From positions 1 to 64,000 of the forward strand of contig BDGG01000017.1 of the NCBI GenBank assembly GCA_001949185.1: DNA of 64,000 bases, in the 5' to 3' direction. Each line of letters opens with the position of its first letter. Within the stretch, counting starts at the first letter, position 1. Under the pieces are notes generated by a model that did no database searches, had not been told where the DNA came from, and saw only the letters and a program-made list of their open reading frames with translations. The position numbers and the translations under genes are program-made. Below, piece after piece: positions 25,641-37,548 of the stretch. This stretch comes from Ramazzottius varieornatus (Eukaryota; Animalia; Tardigrada).

Positions 25641-27141
25641 TCACAGAAACATATATTTGAACAACAAATCCGATTCTTGATGCGCCAGTTTCTTTTGGGA
25701 GGCCATGTTGAACATGTCTGCAAACTCCGCCAGATCCATTCCGCAGTCAGCTTTCATGATTTTCTGAAGACAACAAAATAATCGTTCACTTCTAATTTAA
25801 AGGACGATCTGGCCAAGAATCACTTCATTTGGTTTACCTGACATCGTTCTTCGAACTCCTCAGCACTTTCGAAAACGTTCCATCCCCCAGTCAATTCTTT
25901 CTTCACATTCTCCAGCGACGTCAGTAGGAAACTATGGACTTTGTCGACATTGACTGCGTTGATCCAGTTATGGTTGATGGAAAGACAGTCGCCAATGTTG
26001 TGCACTTGGTGGTACCAACTGCTCGGTACGAATATCACTTCGCCTGCTTCCTGAACCACCACCGAATGCTCGACATCCGACAGATCGACCTCCTAGAAGT
26101 GCACAAAGCATTATCGAATTTCCAAATTAGTTCCGAAAGTTGGGAGCTCGGCAAACAAGTCAAGAAGAATGCTTTCTGAAGTGGCGCACATTTTCAATGT
26201 CACTGACGGACCGCGTGCGCCACTTTGCGAACCTTAGAAGCATGGTTTTCCCAAGTGGCGTTCGTTCTCATTGTTATTGGCTCAGAGCGTGCGCCACTTG
26301 AGGAAAGCAAAACTAAAAATTTTACCGAAATATCAGTCAGGTTCGTGCCGAATTTCGCAAAGAGTTTCTTCTCTTCTCCAGGTCGGAACAGTATCCATTT
26401 CTTTCTTCCACAAACGTTGGCTGACCAGCTGAAAGACTGCAAAACGTCCACATGCAGTGGCGTCCAAGAAGCTGCAGGTCCGAAGTAGACGAAGCGATAG
26501 TCCTTGTTGACCGCGTCGAACCTTCCGTCACAGTAATTGTTCAACCAGTCCGAAGAAAAGTATTCCGGGACTGAGTAAACTTTACTCTCCGGGAAACTTC
26601 TGCGAAACCATCAAAGAAATCATTCTGAGTTTAAAAGCAAGCAAAAGAACAGAGAGCACAGGAAAGTCCGCAAGCAACCGGAAGTGAGTGTACGTCCTGC
26701 GTTCGACGTTCACCACATGAACCAACGAACGTCACGCGACATCATCAACAAAGTACACTATTCAGCTACGTCATCCGTGAGTTGACAAGAAGCTCACCTA
26801 TAAAAGTGCCAGTCTTTCAGGTATCTACAGCTCGTTCTCTCACTCGCCGGCTTCCGCATATAGTTCAGGAAATCTCGTAGCTTCTCCGTGCTAGTTTGAG
26901 CTTCTCCGTAACCGCCTTGGGAGTCGCAGTCAGTCACGGGAACGTCGCACTCTCCATAGAGCGAAGACAGCTTGTCCAGATCGCACTCTCCGGTTGGCAG
27001 CGTCCATTCTTTTCCGCATGGCCAGTCTTCTGTTAGCTCCTTCGTGAAGACACACGGCTCGTTTCGCTGCAAATACCCTTCATAAAAATCAGCGTAGGAA
27101 CACGACTCAGGAGAAAGCCGCGCCACCGTTTTCTTCGCCAT
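25641..27141 (-). CDS. JMJD4: JmjC 2-oxoglutarate/Fe(II) oxygenase JMJD4
   Basis: YLQRNEPCVF, YLKDWH, YFSSDWLNNY, DYRFVYFGPAASWTPLHVDVLQSFSWSANVCGRKKW, QEAGEVIFVPSSWYHQVHN..SINHNWIN (HxD..H triad). The 3' end is uncertain. Confidence 0.88.
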
Positions 27142-27885
27142 TCTTGATTCTTCCCGCTGGTAAAACGGTAAAAATGCAAAGAATCCTAAAATCCGAATTC
27201 CAAAATTAATTTCCTTTTTGAAGATACCAATCAACAATCATTCGAGAAAGCAACACTTTTCTCGACCACGTGGGTTTACTTGATTGTATTACGGAACTTC
27301 ATCACGTGGTTTATAACACCAAGTCAAGTGTTCAAAGGTGGACCCTCGGGGCATCCGTTACGGATGGCCCAGACTGGGCAATGTTACACTAGACGCAAGG
27401 AAAGAGGGCATGACCTTCAGCCCGACCGTGTAACAAGCCACGGAGCGGGTCAGTCCTTTTTAACCACATAGTGCCGTAAGGACAATACAACTATCGCGAT
27501 TTTTGCCCGGCACTGGAACGGTGGTAAACATACGGGCAAGACGGCTTATATTTGGGCGAAAATTATATCCGGTCGGTGCCTGGATGGGCCATACAGCGAG
27601 AGTGATACAGCAATGAAAACTACGCACTGCAGTGTTGGAGAGAATTTTCTTGAGGAGATAAATCTGCTATTTCTGGTGTTTGTCTTTGCAGGTTCAACCT
27701 TGGTGCCGGCTGCTGCTTCTTCCTCGCCCCATTCACACAGTAAGCCCTTCTCTACGAGGTTGCATCATCCGTAAGAGTTTGTAAGTGCCGCAAAGATGCG
27801 CATTTACAGTCCGGTTTATCTCTCGACAGGTTCACGCTTGTTCGTCTCCTTCTTCGGCAAGAAGAGCTCCACCAGCGGTGCCGAC

Positions 27886-28383
27886 ATGGCCAACCTTCCC
27901 CGCGTCTTCATGGATATCACCGCCGACGGTGCTCCCGTCGGTCGAGTGGTGATGGAGCTGCGTTCCGACGTGGTGCCCAAGACAGCTGAGAATTTCCGTG
28001 CGCTGTGCACCGGCGAGAAAGGCTTCGGCTTCAAGGGCTCGTCCTTCCACCGCATCATCCCCCAGTTCATGTGCCAGGGAGGCGACTTCACTAACCACAA
28101 CGGCACTGGAGGCAAGTCCATCTACGGCACCAAGTTTGCCGACGAGAACTTCCAGCTGAAGCACACTGGCCCAGGCATCCTCTCCATGGCCAACGCGGGT
28201 CCCAACACCAATGGCTCGCAATTTTTCCTCTGTACCGTCAAGACCGAGTGGTTGGATGGCAAGCACGTTGTCTTCGGCCAGGTGACCGACGGTATGGACG
28301 TCGTCAAGAAGATGGAATCGTACGGCAGCCAGAGCGGCAAGACCAAGGCCAAGATTGTCATTGCTGACTGTGGGCAGTTGTAG
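27886..28383 (+). CDS. Cyclophilin-type peptidyl-prolyl isomerase (CypA/CypD-like)
   Basis: 165-aa core with [51 protein letters not shown] and [10 protein letters not shown]. Strong codon bias. Confidence 0.97.
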   Translation: MANLPRVFMDITADGAPVGRVVMELRSDVVPKTAENFRALCTGEKGFGFKGSSFHRIIPQFMCQGGDFTNHNGTGGKSIYGTKFADENFQLKHTGPGILSMANAGPNTNGSQFFLCTVKTEWLDGKHVVFGQVTDGMDVVKKMESYGSQSGKTKAKIVIADCGQL

Positions 28384-28871
28384 ATGTGCAGTCAATCAAT
28401 CAACACACTCCTCTTGTCAGCAATTGTAACTGCGTTCTCTTTTTCTGTCATAACTTATAACATCGTCTTTTACTGTGTTATCGGGCCATTCCGCCGTTTT
28501 ATGCTCGCTCTCGGATGTTTCTCTGTCGTCGTCGCCGCATTTTTGCACTATTTTATTGAAGAGTTGCACTCGAAACTTATAAAGTTTGGAAGGAAGTAGG
28601 AACAGCAATTCTGGATTTTTTAGGCCAGGGACGATCAATCGAGGAAACATTTCATGTTCAATCAATCGATGAAACGGATATGGATGAGACGCAAGGTCGC
28701 GCCAGCGTGTATTATAAGTAATAGGTCACGAGTAGTCCTACTTGCCCTAAAGCGTAAGGGACCCAGGACACTGTCGATCACGGGCTGAGAAACCATGATA
28801 TGGTCGGCCGTCTGGTCAACCGCAAGAAAATCGGCCCAGGGTGGAAGGGTTTTAGTGGGGGCTGCCGTGGT

Positions 28872-28886
28872 CGAAAGTTCCAGAAC
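28872..28886 (+). promoter_or_regulatory. Perfect heat-shock element upstream of the LEA gene
   Basis: cGAAa-gTTCc-aGAAc (three inverted nGAAn units), about 40 bp before TATA-like CATAAAAG (28927) and 160 bp before the ATG. Confidence 0.65.
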
Positions 28887-29045
28887 ACCCAGTCATCGAC
28901 TTCAAACGGCATTTCAGCGAACTGGTCATAAAAGTTGAACACGTCTCACTTTGTTTGCACGATTTCTTCATCAGCAACCTTCCTCTTCCTCCCTCCATTT
29001 TTAGCTTTTCCGTGTGTACTTTTGAGGTCATAGCTCTCCGGAACC

Positions 29046-30203
29046 ATGTCTGCCCAACATCACGCCGATCAAGCCAAAAAGGACGCCTCGGACGCCATTG
29101 ACCACACGAAGAAGGCTGCCGCCACCAAGGCCGATGAGCTGAAGCACGATGCTAGCCAGAAGGTGCAAGATGTCAAGCACGGTGCCCAAGATTTGGCCCA
29201 TGATGCCAAGAACAAAGCTCAGGATTTAGCTCATGATGCTAAGAACAAGGCCCAAGATCTCAAACATGGTAAGGACATTTTGGAAGAAGTAGAAAATCGT
29301 TGAGATTGTCGAAAACATTGTGCCACCTGGACTGACTCATTTTTTCTTACAGATGCTAAGGATGTAGCTCATGACGTCGGCAAGAAGGCTGAGGATTTGA
29401 AGAATCAAGCAGGACAGAAATGGGATGAGGCGAAAGGTAAGAAAATCTGGAGCTCAGCAAGCAAACTCGACCGTTTTTTCAAAGTGGCGCATGTTTTCAG
29501 CCATTAACACTGACAACGTGCGCCGCTTAGGAAAATAATCTGGTTGAGTTTGTGTTTTCGAAGTTCTGAAGAGAAATCGGACTTGCTAGAGTCCGTTTTT
29601 GCGGACCGCGGTGGTGGTCTGTGTGGTGCTCTTCGGTCCCGGGTTTGATTTACGGATATGAGACTTGTTTTGAATAACGGCTTGCGGATTTTGAACGGTT
29701 GATTGAGGAGTTGTGTTGGTGTTGATTGACAGACAATAAGTTTCATTCAAACAAATAACTTTTTCTCCGAAAGAAAACCACAATGAAACAGGAGACGAAA
29801 TCAAAATCAACAAGTTACGTGGACACGGTGTTGATTGACTGGTTTTGCAGACAAGGTTGATGACAAGACCAAGCACGCTGCCCAGCAGGGAATCGACAAG
29901 GCACGCAACGCCGCCGATGCCACGCACGACAAGGCCCACGAGAAGCTGGACCAAGCCCAGGATGCTGTTAACGACGACCGATCCTTCGTTCAGCAAGCCA
30001 AGGAAACCGTGGTGGCCGCTGCGTCGACCGTTGGCTCAGCCCTGCAGTCCGCAGCTGAGACTACGGCAGCCTATGCGGCGGCTGGCTACGAGAAGGTGGC
30101 GGCCGTTGTCGATCACACCATCCACCCCAACCCCGCTGGTGATGCTGGAGCTACAGCTGGAGGTGCCGGTGGAGCTGCTGGAAGCCACCCACACTCGAAC
30201 TAA
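29046..30203 (+). CDS. Group 3 LEA-like hydrophilin, 3 exons, 219 aa
   Basis: Exons 29046-29268, 29353-29436 and 29851-30203 join in frame. Tandem 11-mers AQDLAHDAKNK, rich in A/K/D/H/Q, no Cys, no signal peptide. Confidence 0.88.
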
Positions 30204-30901
30204 AGACGGGTTTGTTCCTTCTTTCTTTCTGTAACATTCGTGTGGTATCATTCGGTCAACGAAGTAGTACTTATGGTTGGGCATTCCTCGCATTGCGTGT
30301 TCCTTTGTAGTGTTTAGTTTTTCCTAGTGTGCAGCTGTTCCTAAATCTCTGTTTCCTAACTTGCTTCAATGAGTTTGTATGTCGGTTGGATGTCAGCGGT
30401 CTTTTTCAGCCCTTTGAAGTGTAATTTATTGAAACTCTGTTAAATGGTCAGCTAACGCAACTTCGTGACTTCATCAAGCTTTGGTGACGGTGGTGGCTAA
30501 CTTCGCCGATGAGTGGCTCGGCAGTCGGTAAGGAGATGACACGGAAATCATATCCTTACCAGGTGAAGGCTGACTCAGTAATCTCAGCTGAAGAGATCAA
30601 ATTTCAGGAAGGGTAGACTGAGTAGACTGACCTAGCGACTAGGCGGGCAATCGGGGCGCTTGTCACAGCCTCTATATGCAGGCTTGCCGCAGTGACGTCG
30701 GCGATCCGTAAGACTACGGCGTGAATTGTTTCGCAAGCCTGCGGTGTATGAATCTTTTGGTTGTTATCATCGTTACTTGTAAGTGCACGTAAAAAGGTGT
30801 CGGTGCAGGGTGCGTAGGACTCGTGCTTAAGAGATTTCCTACTAAAAGCAGTTATATGATAAAAGTCGATCACAATATTCTTGAAAATTATTTGTAACGT
30901 T

Positions 30902-33732
30902 TCACTGGGAAGTGCTTTCCGTTGCTTGTTCGACTGGCGATATGATCTCTTTTGTCATGAACAACACCAGTTCCTTCTTGGTTAGGATGCGAGGAATCTT
31001 AACTTGGACCGCGGCGACGCTGCCGGTCTTCCACAGATACTCGCGCAAACGGTTGAACGTTCCTTCTCGAACTGGGAACATCAAAACCCGCTCCAGCGAC
31101 GAAGTTCCACGATATCGAGCGTAACTCTTGTGCTTCTGTATGATACCCTCGTCGTACTGGAATAATACGAACAGTGTGATCATTCCATTCAGGAAGAATC
31201 GGGTTGGAGGAACTCGGCAAACACACTCGACAAGACCGCTTGTTTCCAAAGCGGCGCACACTCTCAGCTTGTGACGCTGACATCATGCGCCTCTTGCGGA
31301 AACGGTAATGCCAGGGTTGTTTGCCGAGTTCGCATCTGCTGTCTACCTTTTCGGCCAGGTCTTCGGCGACACGCAAAACCTCAGTCGGGTCTTCAGAGTC
31401 GGTCGCCAGTTCCACAAAGAGAACATGTCTGGCTCCTGGCTTGTTGCCTTTATATTCGGCGACATCCAGCATGATGTTTTCGCAAGCAGTATAATCGACT
31501 ACCCGCTGAAGACCCGGCACCTTCGCGGTCGCTTCGACGAGCGTGTCGTAGACCAAAGACTCGGTAACCTTCTCTCCGCGAATGTTGAGGTTTCCACTTG
31601 CCCTGAAATTATTGACTCCTTACTCAGCGGTGAGTTATATACTGTATTACGGCACTATGAGTTACGGTTTTGATGGCTGCAGCCTTACCGCTGACGGAAC
31701 TCCACTACGGGGACCTGGTTATAAAAACTGACCACTCGTATTACATCACCTGCGAACAGGCAAAATGGTTACGTAACAATCAACGGTTCTGAAGGGGGAG
31801 AGGTCTGTTTGTTGGTGTTTTGAGCATGAACTTACCGATACGGTATCGGTTCAGATTGACGGCTGTCGTAATGACCATCTCGTAATCTTTTCCCAATTGT
31901 AACTACAATGAAAGTTTACGTGCATTCGTTGGATTGTCCGATTATCCGGAACCTTAACTGCAGCTGGCTACGATTCGTCGTATCAATTTTGCTTACTTGA
32001 TCCATGAGAACGGTTTGCGGTACTTCTTCGCTTGATAACTCCACAGGAATGAACTCGTAAAAGTTAACCTCTGGTAACAAGGCGTATCTCGCTGTAGAGG
32101 ACAAAGGCCAGAAGTTCATGCCGAAGAACCCTTCGGTGGCGGCAATGGTGGGCGAGAGAAACAGCGTATCTGTAAGTTCAAACGATTATTTCATGCCATG
32201 CAATCGAACTGAATTCTCACTGTGGTATCGTAACCCGCCCACCTTTGATGTAATGTTTCCTCAGATATTGATAGTAAATGGCAAAAGGACCAGACGTAAC
32301 AGCGATAACGAATTTCAGTTCGGGCCAAATTCGAGGTGCAATGTTATCAAAGCCTGCGGACAGAAGATACCGTAGTCTTTGCGATACGAATGTGAACAGG
32401 ATTTCTTGAGTTTACCTTGCTCAAACTCTGCGAAGAGTTCATTGGCGCGTTCTGGGTCAGCTTTGAGTTTAGGCGCTAGCTGGTCACGGATCTCCTGCGA
32501 GATGTCCAAGTCTCGTCGAATGCCTCCGCGATGAATGTCTTCGACGAGGGACTTCCATTCGACTTCCAGCTTCTTGAAAGCCATGTAGACGTAGGAAGCG
32601 AAGACGCCGTCGAGGGAGCCGAGGTTACGATAACGTAGAGCGAACAAGAGCTGAACGTAGGTTCCGGCCGTGAAATCCGCGATCTGGTTGGCCGTGCTTG
32701 GCGCAGTGTAGATTTCACCCATCTTTGTCCACATAGGATTGCAAACAATCGGTCCGATCAATGCACCGGAAGCCGCTTTGAGCAGAGCCTTAGAGTTTGT
32801 GTAAGCCACTTTCCATTGCTAAAATCAAATACATCTCAAACTAAGCAGAAAATGTCGAAGATAAGCCAACGAAGATGGTTTCACCCCCGTGGCGCATGCT
32901 TTCAGTGCTACTGACTGGAAGCGTGCGCCATTTCGAAAAATCATCTGGCCGGGTTTGCTTGCCGATGTCCCGAATATGTACGAGATATTGAACTTACTGG
33001 TCGGAGTCGAACCGACTCTTCCCACGGTATGTATCTTTGGGCGTTCCACGAGAATAGCGAGTAAAGACCTAAATGTTGCCTCAACATCACATTGGTGAAG
33101 GGAATGACCGAAGGTTTGCCGGTGGTTCCTGATGTTGTGCCGAAAAAGATTGGCTGGTCCGAGGTGATGACGTTGACTTCGCCATCGCGCTCACGTTGTA
33201 CGTATGGCTCGTAGTGAGGGTACTTGGTAAGCGGTTGAGTTCGGATGAACTCGGACGAGTGGGTAATCTTGTCTAGATTGTGTTCTTTAGAATACACGGT
33301 ACCGGCGTTCAGTGCCAGAACTTTGCGCAGTGTGCGCTCTTGGGCTTTGCGAACATCAAAGCTATCGCGGTGGAACTTCCAGTTCATGTAGGCACCGTAG
33401 TAGCGGAAGACAATGGTCGAGGCGTATTGTCGAAAGGCAACCTTGAAATCCCAATTGGGATCCCAAGTTCGCAGAAAGTCGGTGGCGAAGTATAAGAATA
33501 GCAAGGTGAAAGACCCTGAAACATTCGGATGAAAGAACACTAATTTATTTGCAGTCCAATACGGAGTGTGCTACGTACCAGGGATGACGATGATGGCCGG
33601 TACGAAAGTAAACAGGAGAATAAAGGTGGATACAACCGCAGTGAGGTAGACGTAGTTGACTTTTACTGCCAGCGAGTGGTTTCCCGTGGTCAAGTTCTGA
33701 ATAAGTTGACCGGCTGTCTCGATCAGCGACAT
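30902..33732 (-). CDS. GH3-domain (GHDC-like) acyl-adenylate amido synthetase family protein, multi-exon
   Basis: AQERTLRKVLALNAGTVY..PLTKYPHYEPYVQR..FFGTTSGTTGKP (ATP-binding motif I), IAATEGFFGMN, FYEFIP, YRIGDV, and terminal QVKIPR. Hydrophobic N-terminus. Confidence 0.85.
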
Positions 33733-35554
33733 TTTGCGGTGTTGCTTGGCCGCCACTTCCACGAAGGAGGCTCGGCGACCCATCTCTCCGGACTTCCTGC
33801 ATGACCAATGTCATGTACCAGTATAATTATAAAAAAACAGGGCACAATCATGCACATTTCCTACCTGGCTGCCATTTCACTGAACTACAGTACTGCCACG
33901 ATACAGAGAAATAATTTCTCAGTGTTGCGACTGCGATCCAGAAGGTTTTTGGACAGAATCACAAAACGTCAAGGTGAAGCGGCTTGGAAAGAAGTGGTGT
34001 CGTACGCATCAAACTCGCGATTTTATACGACAGGCAGTGTAGCGTATCGCTGGAAGTTTGACCTTTGTTGTTTGCTTCTTATCCGCGTTCACGTGTCTTC
34101 TGTCGTCTGATAGTACCACACTGATCTCGATACGAGCCCAACGTGATTAAAAGAAGAAGGGTATCTTGTCGCAAGACTTTATCCAGAGGACTTTGGGACA
34201 CAGTGCATTATCGCTTATATTGCAACTTTGCATGTTGTCAAGATTATTTGGGAGTTATCACTGACGCAGTCCCGTGACGAGAGATTTCGGAAGACCTTCG
34301 AACAGCTACCTCTAATCTCTGGAACAGACTTTGGAGCGGACCTCGCAATTATCGAAGGATAGCGAATAGCCAAAGCCACTCTCGCAGCGAGAGTGGTTTT
34401 GGAATAGCCTTCCCCTCTTCTGTTTACTCTTATCTAGGTACAGCGTGGTACTTCCTGCTTCAACGCATGTCCATAGTTTTGTTGCCTTCATGAAGTGATG
34501 CAGGAGGTTGTTTTCCTGATTCGCTTTCCCTTCTTGCTCCCACCCGCCCGCTCCTGCTTTCTTCGTGTGGAAGTTCTCGGCCGATTTCGCCTTTTAAAGC
34601 GTATATTTTCATGTTTACCGGAACTCTGGTGCCAGAGGTTAATAAAGCCTTGCTCCCTGCTGCGGCGCTTTTCTCGAACGATGAGGTTTAGAATTATTCA
34701 TGGAGTTTAACTACGGTATACATCAACTTCGCTGTAAGTGTCAAAATATGAGGACGGTGTCTAGCACCGTGAATGTCCAAACACGAAGAACCAAGTCCAT
34801 GCCGCTGTTTCGTAACTGATACAGCTCACAATTTTCTCTTCATCTGGGTCAGTTCATACAGACGAGAAACGTACCATGACTGGCAACGTCTCAAGGGTGG
34901 CGGTTCGCGTCCGTTCAGATCGTGTAATAGGAGAATGGGTTAGGAGAATAAGCTATTTTCAATCCGTGCCAAACTCGACGACTCCAGACGGTTCCTGAGA
35001 TTTTGCGAGGAGAGGTCATTAGGGCGTCCTTGAAACCATAACGTGGGAACTGCAACGTGAGATGTTATCGCGGTGTATGCAGTACTGTATTGTCTCATCA
35101 GCAGTGTTGTATTCAGTGTCGAAAAAAAAGTTCACGCCTTTTCTTCGACCTAACTCAGTACTTATGTGGACAGGCGGCATAGTAATAAGTCAATAAGGCG
35201 TCGCTGAATGACTATAGTCGTACGGAGCGCTCGTCGAGAAAAGTGTAATTAGATTCGACCAATTAACGAGAAAATGTAGAGCTGCGCAATCCGAATTAGC
35301 CAGCTCCATACCTGGGAGCTTAGCCACGCCTTAAGTGATACAGCAGAACCTGTGGTCCTGTGCTACTTGACATACGTCACGAGCCGCTTTTCTGGAGCGA
35401 CTATTTACGTCACAATGCCGATTTCTACCCGTGACGCCAGAAAGAAGAAGTCACTGTAGGGTTGTCATGCACTGCAGTTTTGCAATGACTGTGAGTTTGA
35501 CCAGGCAACATAAGTTAGCACAGGTCGTGACGAGTAACCATGGAGAGGACGGTC

Positions 35555-36501
35555 AGATGTGCCAGTGGTCTTGGAGGTTCATCCTCCCATAGTAAGTATG
35601 ATTGAAGATCGCAATAGGATAGTGAGCAATAACTTTAAATACTGTAAATATTCGCTGCGTCCGCGTAGTACGTCATCGTACAAGTGAAGTACAGCCCCGG
35701 TCCGGTTCCACGGATTGCGAAACCCCCCTACGGGGATACATCGTCACCTACGTGAACGTACTGCGCGGACGCAGCAAATATTTACAGTACCGCCATCCAC
35801 AAGATCTTGACCGATAACTGGCTCATGCGAGCCATACTGCGCACTTGGTTTTCAGACCGCATTCTCCCATGAATAAGACAGTAAGAGACTGAAGTAAAGA
35901 TCGTCGGAACAAAGACCCAAGCCCCCAGTTTGAACTGTATAACCCGGTGTTGCTTATAGGGTTCTATCCCACAAAATCCATATGGATGATCAATTTCCCG
36001 ACTGCCGGGTGGCATGTAGGAAATGCTTGGAATCAGACAGCTTATAAAGAATGCGGACGCGACTAACAGTGCCGCAAAGCTTTTCTTCTGCAACACCATC
36101 TTGTACGCTGGACGGCGTCGGTTCAGAACTACGTAGACCCGAGATATGGCATTTTGATTGGTAATAATGCTTGGATGTATCGCAGTGAGGGTTCCGCCAA
36201 AACTTATGACTTGAGAGAAGCAGCGAATACGCCAGAGACTAGTGCTGCCATACGCTATGTTGGCCACAATGGCCGGATAAAAGGTCGTGGATGATATAAG
36301 GTCGTTGAGGATGAGAACACCTAGTAAAACGTGGCCGGTGGTAGACTGTCCACCACACGTGAAGAGTGTGGGGCATAAAAGGTTCCAACCGTTGCAAATT
36401 GTAGCAGTGACCAACAAAAGTCCAGTGAGGGAGACCCATAGAGCCTTGAGATTCGGCTCAACAGTATGATGAAGAAAATCAGCTTCAGAAGTATTGGACA
36501 T
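35555..36501 (-). pseudogene. Intronless class A-like GPCR interrupted in TM6 by a MITE
   Basis: TM1-TM5 lie in the ORF 36501-35782 (N-terminal NTS, AISRVYVV, PYGFC, FVPTIFTSVSYCLI). The ORF stops inside the MITE. Excising the MITE restores WMAVFKVIAHYPIAIFNH, followed by a stop. Confidence 0.65.
35640..35789. mobile_element. 146-bp MITE with TA target duplication
   Basis: TA-CTGTAAATATTCGCTGCGTCCGCGTAGTACGT and ACGTACTGCGCGGACGCAGCAAATATTTACAG-TA. A second, reversed partial copy lies at ~50145-50265. Confidence 0.85.
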
Positions 36502-36755
36502 GGTGAAACCAGAAAGCAAAATATGTTGTTTGTGAAAAGGGACGACCGAGCGAAATTTATCTTGGTTTAGATTAAGTTTTGAGGTGCGGGCTTTTTAATT
36601 CTGGACTAGTTTGACTTTCTCAGTTATTACGTGACTCAAGCCTATAGCCAGCTGTTCTATTTCTAGATGACGAAGGTAGTGTTCAATAATCCTGCATTCT
36701 TGACATATATTGACTAGGACAAATTTCCACCCGTCCGCCGGAGTTACTGTACAAG

Positions 36756-36943
36756 CACGATGGGTAATTATGGGACAGTCAAAACTATAGGACAGGCCTT
36801 TTCGCTACGGGGATTCGGTAGCACGTACGTACGCGACCGATTCACACTAACAAACTTTTCAACACCTTTCTATGGTTGAATTTCTATTTTGCCGTCCTTT
36901 CGCCTGTCCCATAATTTTCAATGTACCATAATTACCTATCGTA
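36756..36943. mobile_element. MITE
   Basis: Inverted arms CGATGGGTAATTATGGGACAG..ATAGGACAGGC and GCCTGTCCCATAA..CCATAATTACCTATCG. Confidence 0.65.
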
Positions 36944-37548
36944 CGTGCACCAGTATTCTTAAACACTGCGTAAGGTGATTCTCACCTGTGGATTTGTTCT
37001 GATTGTGCTATAGTGATCCATGACTAAAGGTGTTTGAAGTGGTCTGGTGAGCGGACTACCTCAAGCATGTTCAGTCGACGTCTGCTTCCGTGCTTGACAA
37101 TTATTTCTGCGGGGGAAAATGGGTCGGGATAGATCGGACGAAAGTCACGAAACTGCCACCGCCAGTGTATGGTAGATTGAGGCCTTTTGAAGAGGCCAGC
37201 TTGGTGTTTCTGTGGAGTCCATGTTTTACTGGCATGCTAAATACCAAATATACCAGCCGATTTGATTTACAATTAACCAGCAGGATGGTATCAGTTTTTC
37301 GACAGCAGAGTTGACCTTTAGAAACGCTAACAAAACGAGCTGATCAAAATCTGAGAAAAACATGTCTACCAGATGCTCACAGCCTGCCTAAAAAGATAAT
37401 AGATTAAGAGCAAAAAGAAACAGTACCGTGTACTTCGTGCCACAAACGAACTTATCACCACAAGAGTGACAAGACTAACAGAAAAATCCCGTTGGTACCG
37501 CGGTTGAGATAAACAATTGCAAACCAACAAATCCCGTCATCGGGTTCT

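Noticed and set aside
27816-28395. Long antisense ORFs over cyclophilin (also over LEA, sHSP and VWA5A)
   Set aside because: Expected shadow of strong codon bias, with no independent motifs.
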